A stretch of 64,000 nucleotides of DNA from assembly GCA_963804795.1 (NCBI GenBank), contig CAWDRS010000011.1:281228-345227 (forward strand), read 5' to 3'. How positions within the stretch are numbered: position 1 is the stretch's first letter; every line of letters starts with the position of its first letter. Both the position numbers and the translations under genes were made by a program. The stretch comes from an uncultured Acidobacteriota bacterium (GTDB lineage: Bacteria; Acidobacteriota; Vicinamibacteria; Vicinamibacterales; 2-12-FULL-66-21). The notes beneath the pieces are model-generated. The model was given only the letters and a program-made list of their open reading frames with translations. It did not search any database and had not been told where the DNA came from. Positions 51,202 to 61,793 of this stretch are shown piece after piece.

Positions 51202-52137
51202 CTAAATTTCCAGCAGGTCCTTGCCCACGATGACCGTGCCGCTGAAATGCGGGCGAACCGCGTCCATCCACATCTGCTCGGTCATCGTCGGATCGTCCGG
51301 CGGGATGAGATGCGAGAGGACCAGAGTCTTGACCCCCGCCGCCTGTGCGACACGTCCGGCGTCCTCGACGGACGTCTGGCCGTCGACGATCGCCTGCCTC
51401 AGGGCCGTCACATTCGGAACGCGCGCGATCAGCCGATCGACGGCCGGCAGGTAGACGGCCGAGTGGACGAGGACATCAGCCCCCTTCGCGAGCGCGACGA
51501 CCCTCTCCGAGCGCGCCGTATCCCCGGAAATCACGATCGATCGGTCGGCCGTGTCGAACCGAAACGCAAACGAAGGCACGACGGGCGGGTGATCCACGAG
51601 GGCGGCCGTGACTTTCACGGTGTCCTCTTGCAGGACCGGTCCGCCTTGACTGATTTCGTGAACGTGCACGAGCGGAACGAGCGGCACGCGGCCCTCGTTC
51701 GCGATGCGGATCTCGATGTCCGGCGCGCTCATCTCGAAGAAGAGCCTGGTGATCTTCTCGAGCGGCGGCGGCCCCCACGTGTCGACGCGCGACTTCAGGC
51801 CGGACGCCCACGCCAGCAGCATCAGGTTTCCATAGTCGGCGTTGTGGTCCGAGTGGTGATGGGTGATGAAGACGTGGCGCAGCGCCGTCAACGGCACACC
51901 GGCGAAGACCAGCTGGCGCGCGACGCCATTTCCGCAATCGATCACATAGGCCTGGTCGCCGACGACGATGACTTGCGCGGACGCGGAGCTGGCCGTGCGC
52001 GGTCGCGGCCCGCCGCCGGTGCCGAGCAGAATGAGTCTGGTCTTCTTGGTTTGTGCTGACGCGAGAGGCCGACAGATTGCCGCCGCAGCCAGCGCTGCGA
52101 CGGCGTTGAGCCATTCACGTCGATCGATCCGACCCAT
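51202..52137 (-). CDS. MBL-fold metallo-hydrolase with Tat-like signal
   Basis: MGRIDRREWLNAVAALAAAA.., HHHSDH motif, ..DTARSERVVALAKGADVLVHSA.. Confidence 0.85.
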   Translation of the reverse strand: MGRIDRREWLNAVAALAAAAICRPLASAQTKKTRLILLGTGGGPRPRTASSASAQVIVVGDQAYVIDCGNGVARQLVFAGVPLTALRHVFITHHHSDHNADYGNLMLLAWASGLKSRVDTWGPPPLEKITRLFFEMSAPDIEIRIANEGRVPLVPLVHVHEISQGGPVLQEDTVKVTAALVDHPPVVPSFAFRFDTADRSIVISGDTARSERVVALAKGADVLVHSAVYLPAVDRLIARVPNVTALRQAIVDGQTSVEDAGRVAQAAGVKTLVLSHLIPPDDPTMTEQMWMDAVRPHFSGTVIVGKDLLEI

Positions 52138-52221
52138 CTTCAGGGGTGACTCATGGCGGCGATCAACGGCTGATTTCGTCGAACCCGGGACGGGCGAGCG
52201 CCCAGGCTTCGTGCGTCCTGG

Positions 52222-52424
52222 CTAGAAGCCGTCTCATAAACCTGCCGCTCGTTTCACGACGCGAGCGAACGACAGTGAGCGAGCCACGCGAGCGGCCCGC
52301 CTTCGCGCCGCAGGCGCTACGGCGAGGTCTCGCCGTAGCTTTAGCGGAGGCGGAAGCGCGCCGGCGAAGCGGCGCGCGAGCGCGCGTGTCGGGGAGTCCG
52401 AGGGGCGAAGCCCCTCGGATGAGG
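52222..52424 (-). repeat. Repeat family A, copy A5 (long form with the CTAGAAGCCGTCTCATAAACCTGC end module)
   Basis: It aligns with A4 and A7, and its left end is the reverse complement of the A3 tail at 4806-4832. Confidence 0.9.
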
Positions 52425-52700
52425 CTAAGTGGTCGCCGCGAAGCGCTCGCGGGATCGTTCGCGCGCCTTGCGCGCTTCTTCCTCGCGGTTGCGTGGCTGA
52501 GCGGTGGTCGTCAGAGAACTGATCAGGCGATGCGCGGCGGCGGTCACCTCCTCGACGGCCCGGTCGAAGACTTCTTCATTGGCGCGCGATGGACGGGTCG
52601 TCCCGCTCAGCTTTCGAACGAACTGCAGCGCGGATGCGCGGATCTCGTCGTCGGTTGCCGGCGGCGCGAAATTGGCGAGCGTCTTGATGTTGCGGCACAT
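52425..52700 (-). CDS. DUF2277 family protein
   Basis: MCRNIKTLANFAPPATDDEIRASALQFVRKLSG matches the family's conserved N-terminus as I remember it. Confidence 0.75.
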   Translation of the reverse strand: MCRNIKTLANFAPPATDDEIRASALQFVRKLSGTTRPSRANEEVFDRAVEEVTAAAHRLISSLTTTAQPRNREEEARKARERSRERFAATT

Positions 52701-52732
52701 ACGACTATTTTACAGGGTGCCGCGGCGCCTTT

Positions 52733-53284
52733 CTATTTCGCCTTGGTGCTCTTCGCCTCTATCGCGGGAGCCCACTTCCCGTCGGGACCCTGCAATTCCA
52801 GCTTGAAGGTGTATGCCGTCGGCGAGAGCTCTTTGATCGTCACGCGTGATTTGACCTTCTGCCCGCCCATCACGCTCTCGTCGTCGTATGTCCAGGTGTC
52901 GCCCTTCACCGTGCCCTTGGGCACCGTCGCCATGGTCATCGCGGTGTTGTCCAGGCCGTAGTACGTGTAGACCTTCGCTTCCAGGCTGTAGCTGAGGAGC
53001 CCGATGCTCTTGGTGGGGCCCGTTGGATTCTTGCCGTCAGAATGGCAAATGACAGCGAACCGTCCCTCGAACCATTCGCAGTTGTCTGTGGCCGACATTT
53101 TTCCGCCAGGTCCGAGCGGCCCTGGCTTCATTTCACCCTCGGTCGTCCACTTTCCCACGAAGTAACCGAGCCGCTGGTGCTCAGGGCCGGGCTTTGGCGC
53201 AGGAGGCGTCTGGGCGACAGCGAGCTGAACCCCGGCCAGTGACACAACGACGCAGAACGCAAGCCCTTCGAAGGTCTTTCTCAT
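52733..53284 (-). CDS. DUF1579-like secreted protein
   Basis: Signal peptide, then ..HQRLGYFVGKWTTEGEMKPGP..CEWFEGRFAVICHSDG.. Confidence 0.6.
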   Translation of the reverse strand: MRKTFEGLAFCVVVSLAGVQLAVAQTPPAPKPGPEHQRLGYFVGKWTTEGEMKPGPLGPGGKMSATDNCEWFEGRFAVICHSDGKNPTGPTKSIGLLSYSLEAKVYTYYGLDNTAMTMATVPKGTVKGDTWTYDDESVMGGQKVKSRVTIKELSPTAYTFKLELQGPDGKWAPAIEAKSTKAK

Positions 53285-53350
53285 GGTTGCCCTCCGGCTG
53301 ATGTCGAGCGGATGGTAGCAAGGTCAGCCGGAGGAGACAACTTCCCCGCC

Positions 53351-53788
53351 TTACTTTGTCGCGGGCTTGGCCGCCGCCACCTTGAGCTCCACGGTCCCTG
53401 TCACCTTCTCTCCCGAATCCCCGCAGCCAGCCGTTTCCATCGTGCCCTTGGAGGGTCCCAACTTCTCCGGGAGCGTGATGGTCATCTTCACCGTGCCGTC
53501 GCAGTTCCGCTCCGTCATGTGATACGGGAACTCCAGGTTCATCACGCCTGCTTTGGACGTGCCGGCGACCGTTCCGGTGATCGCGGACGGCGAAGTGATC
53601 ACCATCTTCCCCGTCACCTTTCCTGCATCGACAGTCAGGTCCATCGTCCCGGTGTAGACGCTCTCGCTGGTTGTCACGGTGAGGTCGTGCATCACACTCT
53701 TCGTCCCAGAAGCCTTTTTTCCCTGAGCCGAGAGCGAACCGACGGTCACAGCAACGACGAGAGCTGACGCGGCAAGCCTGCTGAACAT
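53351..53788 (-). CDS. Hypothetical secreted beta-rich protein
   Basis: Internal ATG at 53788 of ORF 53351..54103(-): MFSRLAASALVVAVTVGSLSAQG.. I recognise no family. Confidence 0.5.
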   Translation of the reverse strand: MFSRLAASALVVAVTVGSLSAQGKKASGTKSVMHDLTVTTSESVYTGTMDLTVDAGKVTGKMVITSPSAITGTVAGTSKAGVMNLEFPYHMTERNCDGTVKMTITLPEKLGPSKGTMETAGCGDSGEKVTGTVELKVAAAKPATK

Positions 53789-53849
53789 GGAATACCTCCA
53801 GACCCAGAGACGCAGGAACCCTCCGAAAAGGTTCGCGCATGCAAACCGG

Positions 53850-54605
53850 TCAACGTTTTCTGAGCTTGAAGGCGACCGAATAGGGCCGATCTCGGTTGGC
53901 GAGCGCCTTTTCTGCTCCCGGAAGATGGAACCGATCTTCGGTAATCCTCGGCTCTTCGAAGTCCTCGACGCCGAAGCCGGCGGAGGTGAACGCCTTCCAA
54001 TAGTCCGACAACGGCCGATGAAACCAGATGAACTCGGATGTGAAGTGCGCCCATGGCGGATCCAGGCGTTTCGTTTCGGAGAAGTACGGAAACTCCCACC
54101 CATAACTGACGCTGGTGCCGCCGGCAGGCCTGATCGCGCTGCCCTGCGGGAAGCAGGGGTGGGAGAACACGACGACAGCCAGGCCGCCGGACTTCAAGAC
54201 CCGGCTGAAGGCTCGCATCGTTCCGCGGAGATCCGGCGTGTCCATGAGCACATAATTCGCGACGATCGCGTCGAACTGTTCATCGGCGAGCGTGTGGAGC
54301 TCGGAGCAGGAGTCCAGACGAAAGTCGATGCCCACATAGAGGCTTCGGGCGATGCCGAGCATACGGTCAGAGAAGTCGATCCCCGTGACCCGAGCGCCGC
54401 GGTCACGGAGCTTTGCCGCGAGGTATCCCGTGCCGCAGCCCGCATCCAGAACGGCGAGCCCATCGACATCGCCCAGGAACTTCCAAAGAACGGGGTCGGA
54501 GTTCAGCCGGCGGTTGCCGTCACCGTCGTCCCCGACCTGAATCCGCCAGTCGTCTGCCACGTTGTCCCAGAATGTTCTGGTCTGGTCGAGATCATCGCCG
54601 CTCAT
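53850..54605 (-). CDS. Class I SAM-dependent methyltransferase
   Basis: Last 251 codons of ORF 53850..55727(-), from the ATG at 54605. Motif I is VLDAGCGTGYLA and post-I is TGIDFS. Confidence 0.85.
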   Translation of the reverse strand: MSGDDLDQTRTFWDNVADDWRIQVGDDGDGNRRLNSDPVLWKFLGDVDGLAVLDAGCGTGYLAAKLRDRGARVTGIDFSDRMLGIARSLYVGIDFRLDSCSELHTLADEQFDAIVANYVLMDTPDLRGTMRAFSRVLKSGGLAVVVFSHPCFPQGSAIRPAGGTSVSYGWEFPYFSETKRLDPPWAHFTSEFIWFHRPLSDYWKAFTSAGFGVEDFEEPRITEDRFHLPGAEKALANRDRPYSVAFKLRKR

Positions 54606-54668
54606 CGAGCGTTCTCCTCTGAGCCAGTCGGCGCCAGGATTGCACATTACCTGGTGACGTATCCGAAC

Positions 54669-55448
54669 ATGGATGATTTCCCGGTTCTCTGGCAGATCGC
54701 CAGCGGCGCCTTCTTCGTCTACATCATCGCTCTTGCCCTGGTGCGCGGAGCAATGCCCCGCAGGCGATTCGCCCTGGCGGTCGCGGCAGCCGGCCTCGTT
54801 GCGACGGCGGGGTCGACGATGATCCCGCGGGTCGCCTGGCTGCACGACTGGATCTTGCCGCCCTCGCTGCTGCTGCTCGGCTACTGGAGCAGCGGCGCGC
54901 TCTTCGTTGCGCCGATGTCCCGGGCGGAAGCGGTTCTGATGGCGGGCGACCGGGCACTCGGCATCTCGAACGTCCGGACGCCGCGACTGATGGCTGAGCT
55001 CCTGGAAGCCTCGTACGCCGGCATCTACGCCATCGTCGGCCTTGCGTTCATCCTGTATCTCGTCTTCGTCCCCTCGCCAAGCCCGGATCGCTTCTGGGCG
55101 GTGGTCCTGATTACCGACTTCCTCTGCTTTGCGATGCTGCCATGGCTCCAGACGCGGCCTCCCCGCGCCCTCGAGGAGCGTGACCCGTGGCAGTCGTCCA
55201 TCCGGCCCTTCAACCTGGGACTGCTCGACACGGCCAGCATTCACGTCAACACGTTCCCCAGCGGCCATGCCGCGGAGGCGCTCGCCGCCGCGCTGCTCCT
55301 CGTCTCCGCGCCGCTGCCGGTGGTGATCGGAATGGGCTGCTGTGCACTGGCGATCACGGCCGGCGCCGTCCTCGGCCGCTATCACTACGCTCTCGATGCG
55401 CTGGCAGGATGGCTCGTTGCGACCGCGGTATGGCTCGTGGTCGCGTGA
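54669..55448 (+). CDS. PAP2-superfamily membrane phosphatase
   Basis: ATG at 54669 within ORF 53787..55448(+). It has multiple TM spans, FPSGHAAEA and GRYHYALD motifs. Confidence 0.75.
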   Translation: MDDFPVLWQIASGAFFVYIIALALVRGAMPRRRFALAVAAAGLVATAGSTMIPRVAWLHDWILPPSLLLLGYWSSGALFVAPMSRAEAVLMAGDRALGISNVRTPRLMAELLEASYAGIYAIVGLAFILYLVFVPSPSPDRFWAVVLITDFLCFAMLPWLQTRPPRALEERDPWQSSIRPFNLGLLDTASIHVNTFPSGHAAEALAAALLLVSAPLPVVIGMGCCALAITAGAVLGRYHYALDALAGWLVATAVWLVVA

Positions 55449-55533
55449 TTCACCCGCCGGGAACGGGCTGACGCGGGTTCGGCGCATTGGCGTAAGATGC
55501 GTCGTACCGTCAAATCGCTCCCGGAGGGCTGCA

Positions 55534-56883
<1,350 letters not shown>

Positions 56884-56974
56884 AACGGGCAAGCCGAACC
56901 ATTTACAAGTTGCCCACTGCTGAGTAAGCTTCCCCCGGACCGGGGCGCACCGCGACCGGCACGACAAGGAGAAG

Positions 56975-57445
56975 ATGATGAAGCTGCTACGGGTTCTGAT
57001 GGCCGGCGCCCTGCTGGCGGGCGGAACGAGTTATGCCTGGGCGCAGGATGCGCAGGCCGAGAAGACAATCATCGCGAACGAGCGGGCGATCAACACCGCG
57101 TTCGCGAAGGGAAGTCTTGCGGGGTTCAAGGAGCACGTCGCCGCGGATGGCTCGTCGGTCGACTCGATGACGGGCGTGATGACGATGGCCGTCTTCATGA
57201 AGGATTTCGAAGGCATGGCCAAGGACATGAAGATTGCATCGTGGGACATCTCCGACAGCAAGTTCCAATGGGTGGACGCGAACACCACGGTTCACATCTA
57301 CAAGTGGACCGGCAAGGGAACGTACCAGGGCCAGCCGATTCCAAGCCCGGCGTGGGCTTCGACGGTCTGGTCGAAGAAGAATGGGAAGTGGACTGCCGTG
57401 TTCCACCAGGAGACGTTGATCCCGCCAGCACCGCCGAAGAAGTAG
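56975..57445 (+). CDS. NTF2-like (DUF4440/SnoaL-type) secreted protein
   Basis: AAGGAGA Shine-Dalgarno and a signal peptide. The ..ANERAINTAFAKGSLAGFKEHVAADGSSVD.. pattern matches NTF2-like small proteins. Confidence 0.6.
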   Translation: MMKLLRVLMAGALLAGGTSYAWAQDAQAEKTIIANERAINTAFAKGSLAGFKEHVAADGSSVDSMTGVMTMAVFMKDFEGMAKDMKIASWDISDSKFQWVDANTTVHIYKWTGKGTYQGQPIPSPAWASTVWSKKNGKWTAVFHQETLIPPAPPKK

Positions 57446-57506
57446 CAGCCCGCCGGCGCGGCCGCACGCGCAAGACCTCTGACGGTGGCTCCCAACGGAG
57501 CCACCG

Positions 57507-57932
57507 TCATACCCAGCCCAACTCCTTCATCGCCAGGCCGGCATTCCACACCTTCGTCATGTGGACGATCCGGTCGCCGTCAAACTGCATCATGTACACG
57601 TAGTCGGTGCTCGTGTGACGGCCAGTCGGCGGCACCGGGCCGCCAGAGCCCGTATGCGTGCCGTGGAACACCGCGCAGGCCGTCACGTTGTTCCGATCGG
57701 CGTCCGTAGCGAACGACTTCAAATCGTACCGCCCATCGGGGAGAACCGTCATCATCCCCTTCATCCAGTCGGTGTATTCAGCAAGAGTCTTGACGCCGAG
57801 CAAGGGCTCGGCCTGTGCCGCAAATGTCGCGTTCGGTGCACAGTACGCGCTGCACGCTGCCCAACCTTGTCCTGACTCGCAGGCAGCAAAGAACTTTTCG
57901 GCGATGCTCGTAATCGAGGCCATGGTCGACAT
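57507..57932 (-). CDS. SnoaL-like/ester-cyclase family protein
   Basis: ..IAEKFFAACESGQGWAACSAYCAPNATF..YTDWMKGMMTVLPDGRYD..FHGTHTG.. Confidence 0.6.
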   Translation of the reverse strand: MSTMASITSIAEKFFAACESGQGWAACSAYCAPNATFAAQAEPLLGVKTLAEYTDWMKGMMTVLPDGRYDLKSFATDADRNNVTACAVFHGTHTGSGGPVPPTGRHTSTDYVYMMQFDGDRIVHMTKVWNAGLAMKELGWV

Positions 57933-58082
57933 CTCCTGACGCGGTAATCACCAGCCAGAAGCCTACCGGCAATCATCGTTGGAAGGCAATGCGTCCGCGA
58001 CCAGATCAGCGTCGCCTCCTTGACGGCTGTGGCCCCGAGCAGCGGCGGCATCGGGCGGCCCCTGAAGACGATGTAATCTCCT

Positions 58083-58173
58083 GTGGCTTTCCGCCTTCAG
58101 GCGGAAGATCGCGGCCGGCGTTGGTCTTCCACCTAAAGGTGGAAGCCACAAGAAGGTGGAAGCCACACGATCG
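58083..58173 (+). repeat. Repeat family B, copy B5
   Basis: TGTGGCTTTCCGCCTTCAGGCGGAAG...CTTCCACCTAAAGGTGGAAGCCACAAGAAGGTGGAAGCCACACGATCG. Confidence 0.9.
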
Positions 58174-58340
58174 ATTTGTTCACAGGCCTGAAGGCCTGCG
58201 CTACGAGAGGCGCGATGGCCAATACCCGCGAATCCCGCGAATAGACACCCGAAGACGGCGACTACCTGACAACCGGCTGATACAGCTGGGTCCGCCATTT
58301 CGTCGGTTCAGTCATCGGCGTTTGGCCTCGCACTTCTCGG

Positions 58341-58469
58341 TTAGAACGTATCTCACAAATGCGGCGGGAGCGAGCACCGCGAGCGAGCCACGCGAGCGGA
58401 GCGCGCCGGCGAAGCGGCGCGCGAGAGCGCGTGTAGGGGAGTCCGAAGGGCGAAGCCCCTCGGCTGAGG
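58341..58469 (-). repeat. Repeat family A, copy A6 (short form)
   Basis: TTAGAACGTATCTCACAAATGCGGCGGGAGCGAGCACCGCGAGCGAGCCACGCGAGCGGAGCGCGCCGGCGAAGCGGCGCGCGAGAGCGCGTGTAGGGGAGTCCGAAGGGCGAAGCCCCTCGG. Confidence 0.9.
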
Positions 58470-58534
58470 TTGGTGTTCATACCACGCCGCGGCGGCCCAT
58501 GATTGCATCGGTCCGGCGGCCGCTGCAACGGTTG

Positions 58535-59041
58535 TCAACCAGCCTCTCTCGGCAGTGCATTGCGCATCCGGATGATGGAGAATTGCAGGCTCGAAGCGAC
58601 CACCGCATCGCGAAGGGGCCACAGATTCGGCACGACGCGCAGCTCGACACCGCGGCGTCGCAACTCCGCGACCTGATCATCCATGAGCTCGACGCAGGCG
58701 GGAACGACGGCGGTTCGGCTCACGAAGTAGCCGGCGCAGTCGTCGATACACTCGAACGTCTCGGGCGGCAGGTGATAGCAGTACAGCCGGCAGGATCGCA
58801 AGCGGTCGACCCAGCCGCGCTCGATCGCGACGACGGCAGCACTCGATCCAAGGAAGCGCTCGACATCCAGGGCCGTCGTGTCGCGCCCGGCGTAATAGGT
58901 CACGCGGGGGCAGTCGCGCGGCACGAGATAGTTGCGCAACCGAGCCGCGTCAATAGCCCACACCACCAGACCGTCGGCGTTTTCGGCTGGCCTGGGCTCG
59001 AACCGATCGATGCCGGGCTCCTCGCTGACGTGAAACAACAT
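58535..59041 (-). CDS. Conserved hypothetical protein (DUF6886-like)
   Basis: MLFHVSEEPGIDRFEPRPAENADGLVVWAIDAARLRNYLVPRDCPRV. I recall this N-terminal pattern from an uncharacterised family. The assignment is tentative. Confidence 0.5.
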   Translation of the reverse strand: MLFHVSEEPGIDRFEPRPAENADGLVVWAIDAARLRNYLVPRDCPRVTYYAGRDTTALDVERFLGSSAAVVAIERGWVDRLRSCRLYCYHLPPETFECIDDCAGYFVSRTAVVPACVELMDDQVAELRRRGVELRVVPNLWPLRDAVVASSLQFSIIRMRNALPREAG

Positions 59042-59111
59042 AGTGGATCGCTGCCCTGTCCAACGCGGACCTGCGAGCGCCGGCCGCGGTCCCGCGCAAC
59101 GCAGCCGCGGG

Positions 59112-59945
59112 TCAGGCGATGCGCCGCTGGCCTTGAATGATCATGCGAAGCACCACGACGGCGACGAGCATCGTCGTGATGTACGGAAGGTGCGCGCCGA
59201 GATCGGGAGCGTAAAGGGATTGCTGCTGCACATCCGAGATGCGTGCGGTCCAGATGGCGTTGGGCACTCCGTCTGACTGCGGCTGGAGCGAGATCACGGC
59301 CGCTTGCGCCCAATTGCCACCGAGGTGAAGCCCGATCGGCAGAGCCAAACCGTTCGTCCGCACGGCGGCCCATCCAAACACGACGCCTCCCAGCGCAGGC
59401 ATCGCAACCTGGAAGAAGGCACCGATCCCCCACATGCCGGAGCCCACGAGGTGATAGATGCCGAAGAGCACTGCCGAAATGAGAATGCCGGGCCACGCAC
59501 CCACCGCCTGCACGAGTCGCTGAAACGGATACCCACGGAACAGCAGCTCCTCCGGCAACAGCAGGAGCAGCGCGACCAGCAGGCCGCCCACCGCCGCGGG
59601 TATTCCGTTTACGCCCGAGAACCTCCACGTGGCTCCGACGATCCCAGCTCGTACGAGCACAAGCAGGGCGAACAGGACGGCGCCCACTGCAAACCCGATG
59701 GTCAGCTCCCGCATTCGACGGCGGGTGGGGCGGAGGCCAAGGCTTCGCAGGCCGTCTCCCTCCAGCCTGAGCGCGACGACGGTCGCCGCAACCAGCAATA
59801 CATTCACGATGAACGCGTACACCCACACTGGAACGGTAGTCAGGCCTGCCGTCGCCGTGAGAATGCCAACGATGGGCCCGGCCGCGATCGTCAAGGCGAC
59901 TCCAACGGCAGCGAAGCCGACCGCTTTCAACAAGAGCATGCGCAT
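59112..59945 (-). CDS. CPBP-family (CAAX-type) intramembrane glutamic endopeptidase
   Basis: Internal ATG at 59945 of ORF 59112..60269(-). It has multiple TM spans plus EELLFRG, FGIYH and HLGGN motifs. Confidence 0.8.
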   Translation of the reverse strand: MRMLLLKAVGFAAVGVALTIAAGPIVGILTATAGLTTVPVWVYAFIVNVLLVAATVVALRLEGDGLRSLGLRPTRRRMRELTIGFAVGAVLFALLVLVRAGIVGATWRFSGVNGIPAAVGGLLVALLLLLPEELLFRGYPFQRLVQAVGAWPGILISAVLFGIYHLVGSGMWGIGAFFQVAMPALGGVVFGWAAVRTNGLALPIGLHLGGNWAQAAVISLQPQSDGVPNAIWTARISDVQQQSLYAPDLGAHLPYITTMLVAVVVLRMIIQGQRRIA

Positions 59946-59952
59946 GGTTGAG

Positions 59953-60681
59953 TCAACGCGGACTGGCCAGAAAGACATCCCTTCCCCACTGATCGATTGA
60001 GCTCGTTGCCGAGAGTCCCACATCCTGGAACCACGCGAGCCAGCGCGTGCGGGCGAAGAGGCCTTCCACGTGCCGGTCGTGAACAACTCGAACCGATCCG
60101 GCGACGTCCCTGAGCAGGAAAGCATAGTCGACAATATAGGTGTCGTCGCCGGCGTCGGGATCCCATCGCCACTCCAGATACCGCAGCCCGCGGCCGTCGC
60201 TCGCATCATGTCCACCTTCGTCGGTGCCCGGTGTGAATGTCTCCTTGACGTAGTCGGGGAGCACCACAACGGTCCCGCCGGGACGGCAGTGAATGGCCGC
60301 CGTCTCCAACGTCGCCTTCACGTCGTCGCCTGTCGTGGCGTACATGATCGCGTCGTGCACGAGCACGACGTCGAACTGGCGCGCCAGCCGGAGGCTGCGC
60401 ATATCGGCAACGAGATGTTCGGCATCGGGGTTGACCGTACGGCTGTTCGCCAGCATACCCGGAGAGCGATCCGTCAGGGTCAGCCGGAAGTGTGACTTCA
60501 GATGAGACGCGAGGCTTCCGCCGCCAGACCCGAGCTCGAGCAATGTCGCCTGGCCAGCCGTCCCGAGTGGACCCAATCGCCCGAGCAGGTCGGCGGCCTC
60601 TTCGCCGTAATGCTCGGGCGGGGAGAAGAGCGGCCACCAGTCGGCGAGGTCGTCGTAGAAGCTGGCCTGGGGATCGGTCAT
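59953..60681 (-). CDS. Class I SAM-dependent methyltransferase
   Basis: Internal ATG at 60681 of ORF 59953..60822(-). MTDPQASFYDDLADWWPLFS.., motif I LLELGSGGG. Confidence 0.8.
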   Translation of the reverse strand: MTDPQASFYDDLADWWPLFSPPEHYGEEAADLLGRLGPLGTAGQATLLELGSGGGSLASHLKSHFRLTLTDRSPGMLANSRTVNPDAEHLVADMRSLRLARQFDVVLVHDAIMYATTGDDVKATLETAAIHCRPGGTVVVLPDYVKETFTPGTDEGGHDASDGRGLRYLEWRWDPDAGDDTYIVDYAFLLRDVAGSVRVVHDRHVEGLFARTRWLAWFQDVGLSATSSIDQWGRDVFLASPR

Positions 60682-60699
60682 GGCTGCGGTTGTTTGATG

Positions 60700-60883
60700 A
60701 TTGTCGAAAACTGAGCCCAGTTCGAACACCGGCCTCGGCGATCGCCAGGCTAATCCGGCCGGTCCCGGCGCCAAGCTCGAGAACCGGTCCGCCGGACTCC
60801 TTTGGCCTGCCGACAGTACCACTCGGCATCGCCTCGAAACGAAGCGGGCGTAACGTCGTCGTAGAGTTGAGGCTGATAGCTCA
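60700..60883 (-). pseudogene. Remnant of a second SAM-dependent methyltransferase (N-terminal ~60 codons only, also frameshifted)
   Basis: The GTG at 60883 gives (M)SYQPQLYDDVTPASFRGDAEWY... Motif I PVLELGAGTGRISLAIAEAG follows in the neighbouring frame, and similarity then stops just before the intact methyltransferase. Confidence 0.6.
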
Positions 60884-60921
60884 CATGACCTCGAAGAAAG
60901 GCGTGCTGGGAACGTGAACGG

Positions 60922-61308
60922 TCAAAGAGTGTCAGCGCGCACACGTTTGCTCGCGATAAGCGCAGCAACGCGTAGCACAATCGCACTCAGCAAGACCGAC
61001 ACTGGCGGAACGACGAGGAATGCAAACGCCGGCTGCGGCCTCGGAGGCCCAAACGCTACGTAACCATAAGTCCCGAGGCTGTCGAGGGTGACGACGAACA
61101 TCAGCGCATAGAGCGCCGTCCGTGTGAGCGCCGACCACTGCTTCGACATCGCGTCGGCCGCTGCGAGCGCGACGAACGGGATCAGCACCCAGATCACAAA
61201 GACCGCCATCAGAAGTGCGGAGGGATTGCGGCGGCCGGTGTACAAGGTCAAACCAACCGAGCCGAGGCCTCCAATTGCAATGGCGACTAAGCCTGCCGTG
61301 CGCAGCAA
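60922..61308 (-). CDS. Hypothetical integral membrane protein (TTG start)
   Basis: Four hydrophobic spans. The TTG at 61308 has GGGAG 7 nt upstream. Confidence 0.5.
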   Translation of the reverse strand: MLRTAGLVAIAIGGLGSVGLTLYTGRRNPSALLMAVFVIWVLIPFVALAAADAMSKQWSALTRTALYALMFVVTLDSLGTYGYVAFGPPRPQPAFAFLVVPPVSVLLSAIVLRVAALIASKRVRADTL

Positions 61309-61311
61309 CGG

Positions 61312-61581
61312 TTATCTCCCACCCGTCACATCGATGAACGCGCCCGTCGTAAACGACGCTTCGCCTGAGAGCAGCCACAGGATGGCGGGCGCGACTTCCT
61401 CCGGCCTTCCGCCACGCTTCATCGGTACGGAGGACTTGACCCGATCGACGCGGTTTGGTTCGCCGCCGCTGGCGTGCATCTCAGTGTAGATGAAGCCGGG
61501 GCGAACCGCGTTCACGCGGATGCCCTCCTCGGCGACTTCGTGAGCAAGACCGATCGTCAACGTGTCGACCAGCCGGTTCAC
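61312..61581 (-). pseudogene. C-terminal fragment of a short-chain dehydrogenase/reductase (SDR)
   Basis: ..LAHEVAEEGIRVNAVRPGFIYTEMHA..GRPEEVAPAILWLLSGEASFTTGAFIDVTGG is the last third of a classical SDR. The Rossmann TGxxxGxG and catalytic YxxxK regions are missing upstream. Confidence 0.7.
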
Positions 61582-61793
61582 TGGACGACCGTCAGCATGG
61601 CTACGACGAGTCCGGTGCTATGAGCAAGGATGTTGGCCAGAAGGTCGCGTCTCCACAGATAGAAGAGTGTCATCAGGCGCTCGGAAACCAGCACGAAGAG
61701 AGGGGGGCCCGCGAGCGCCACGAGGAGTGTGAGACTCGTCGCGGGACTGACCGAGCCGGCCGCCGGGCGCCTTACGACCGCGATACGGGCCTC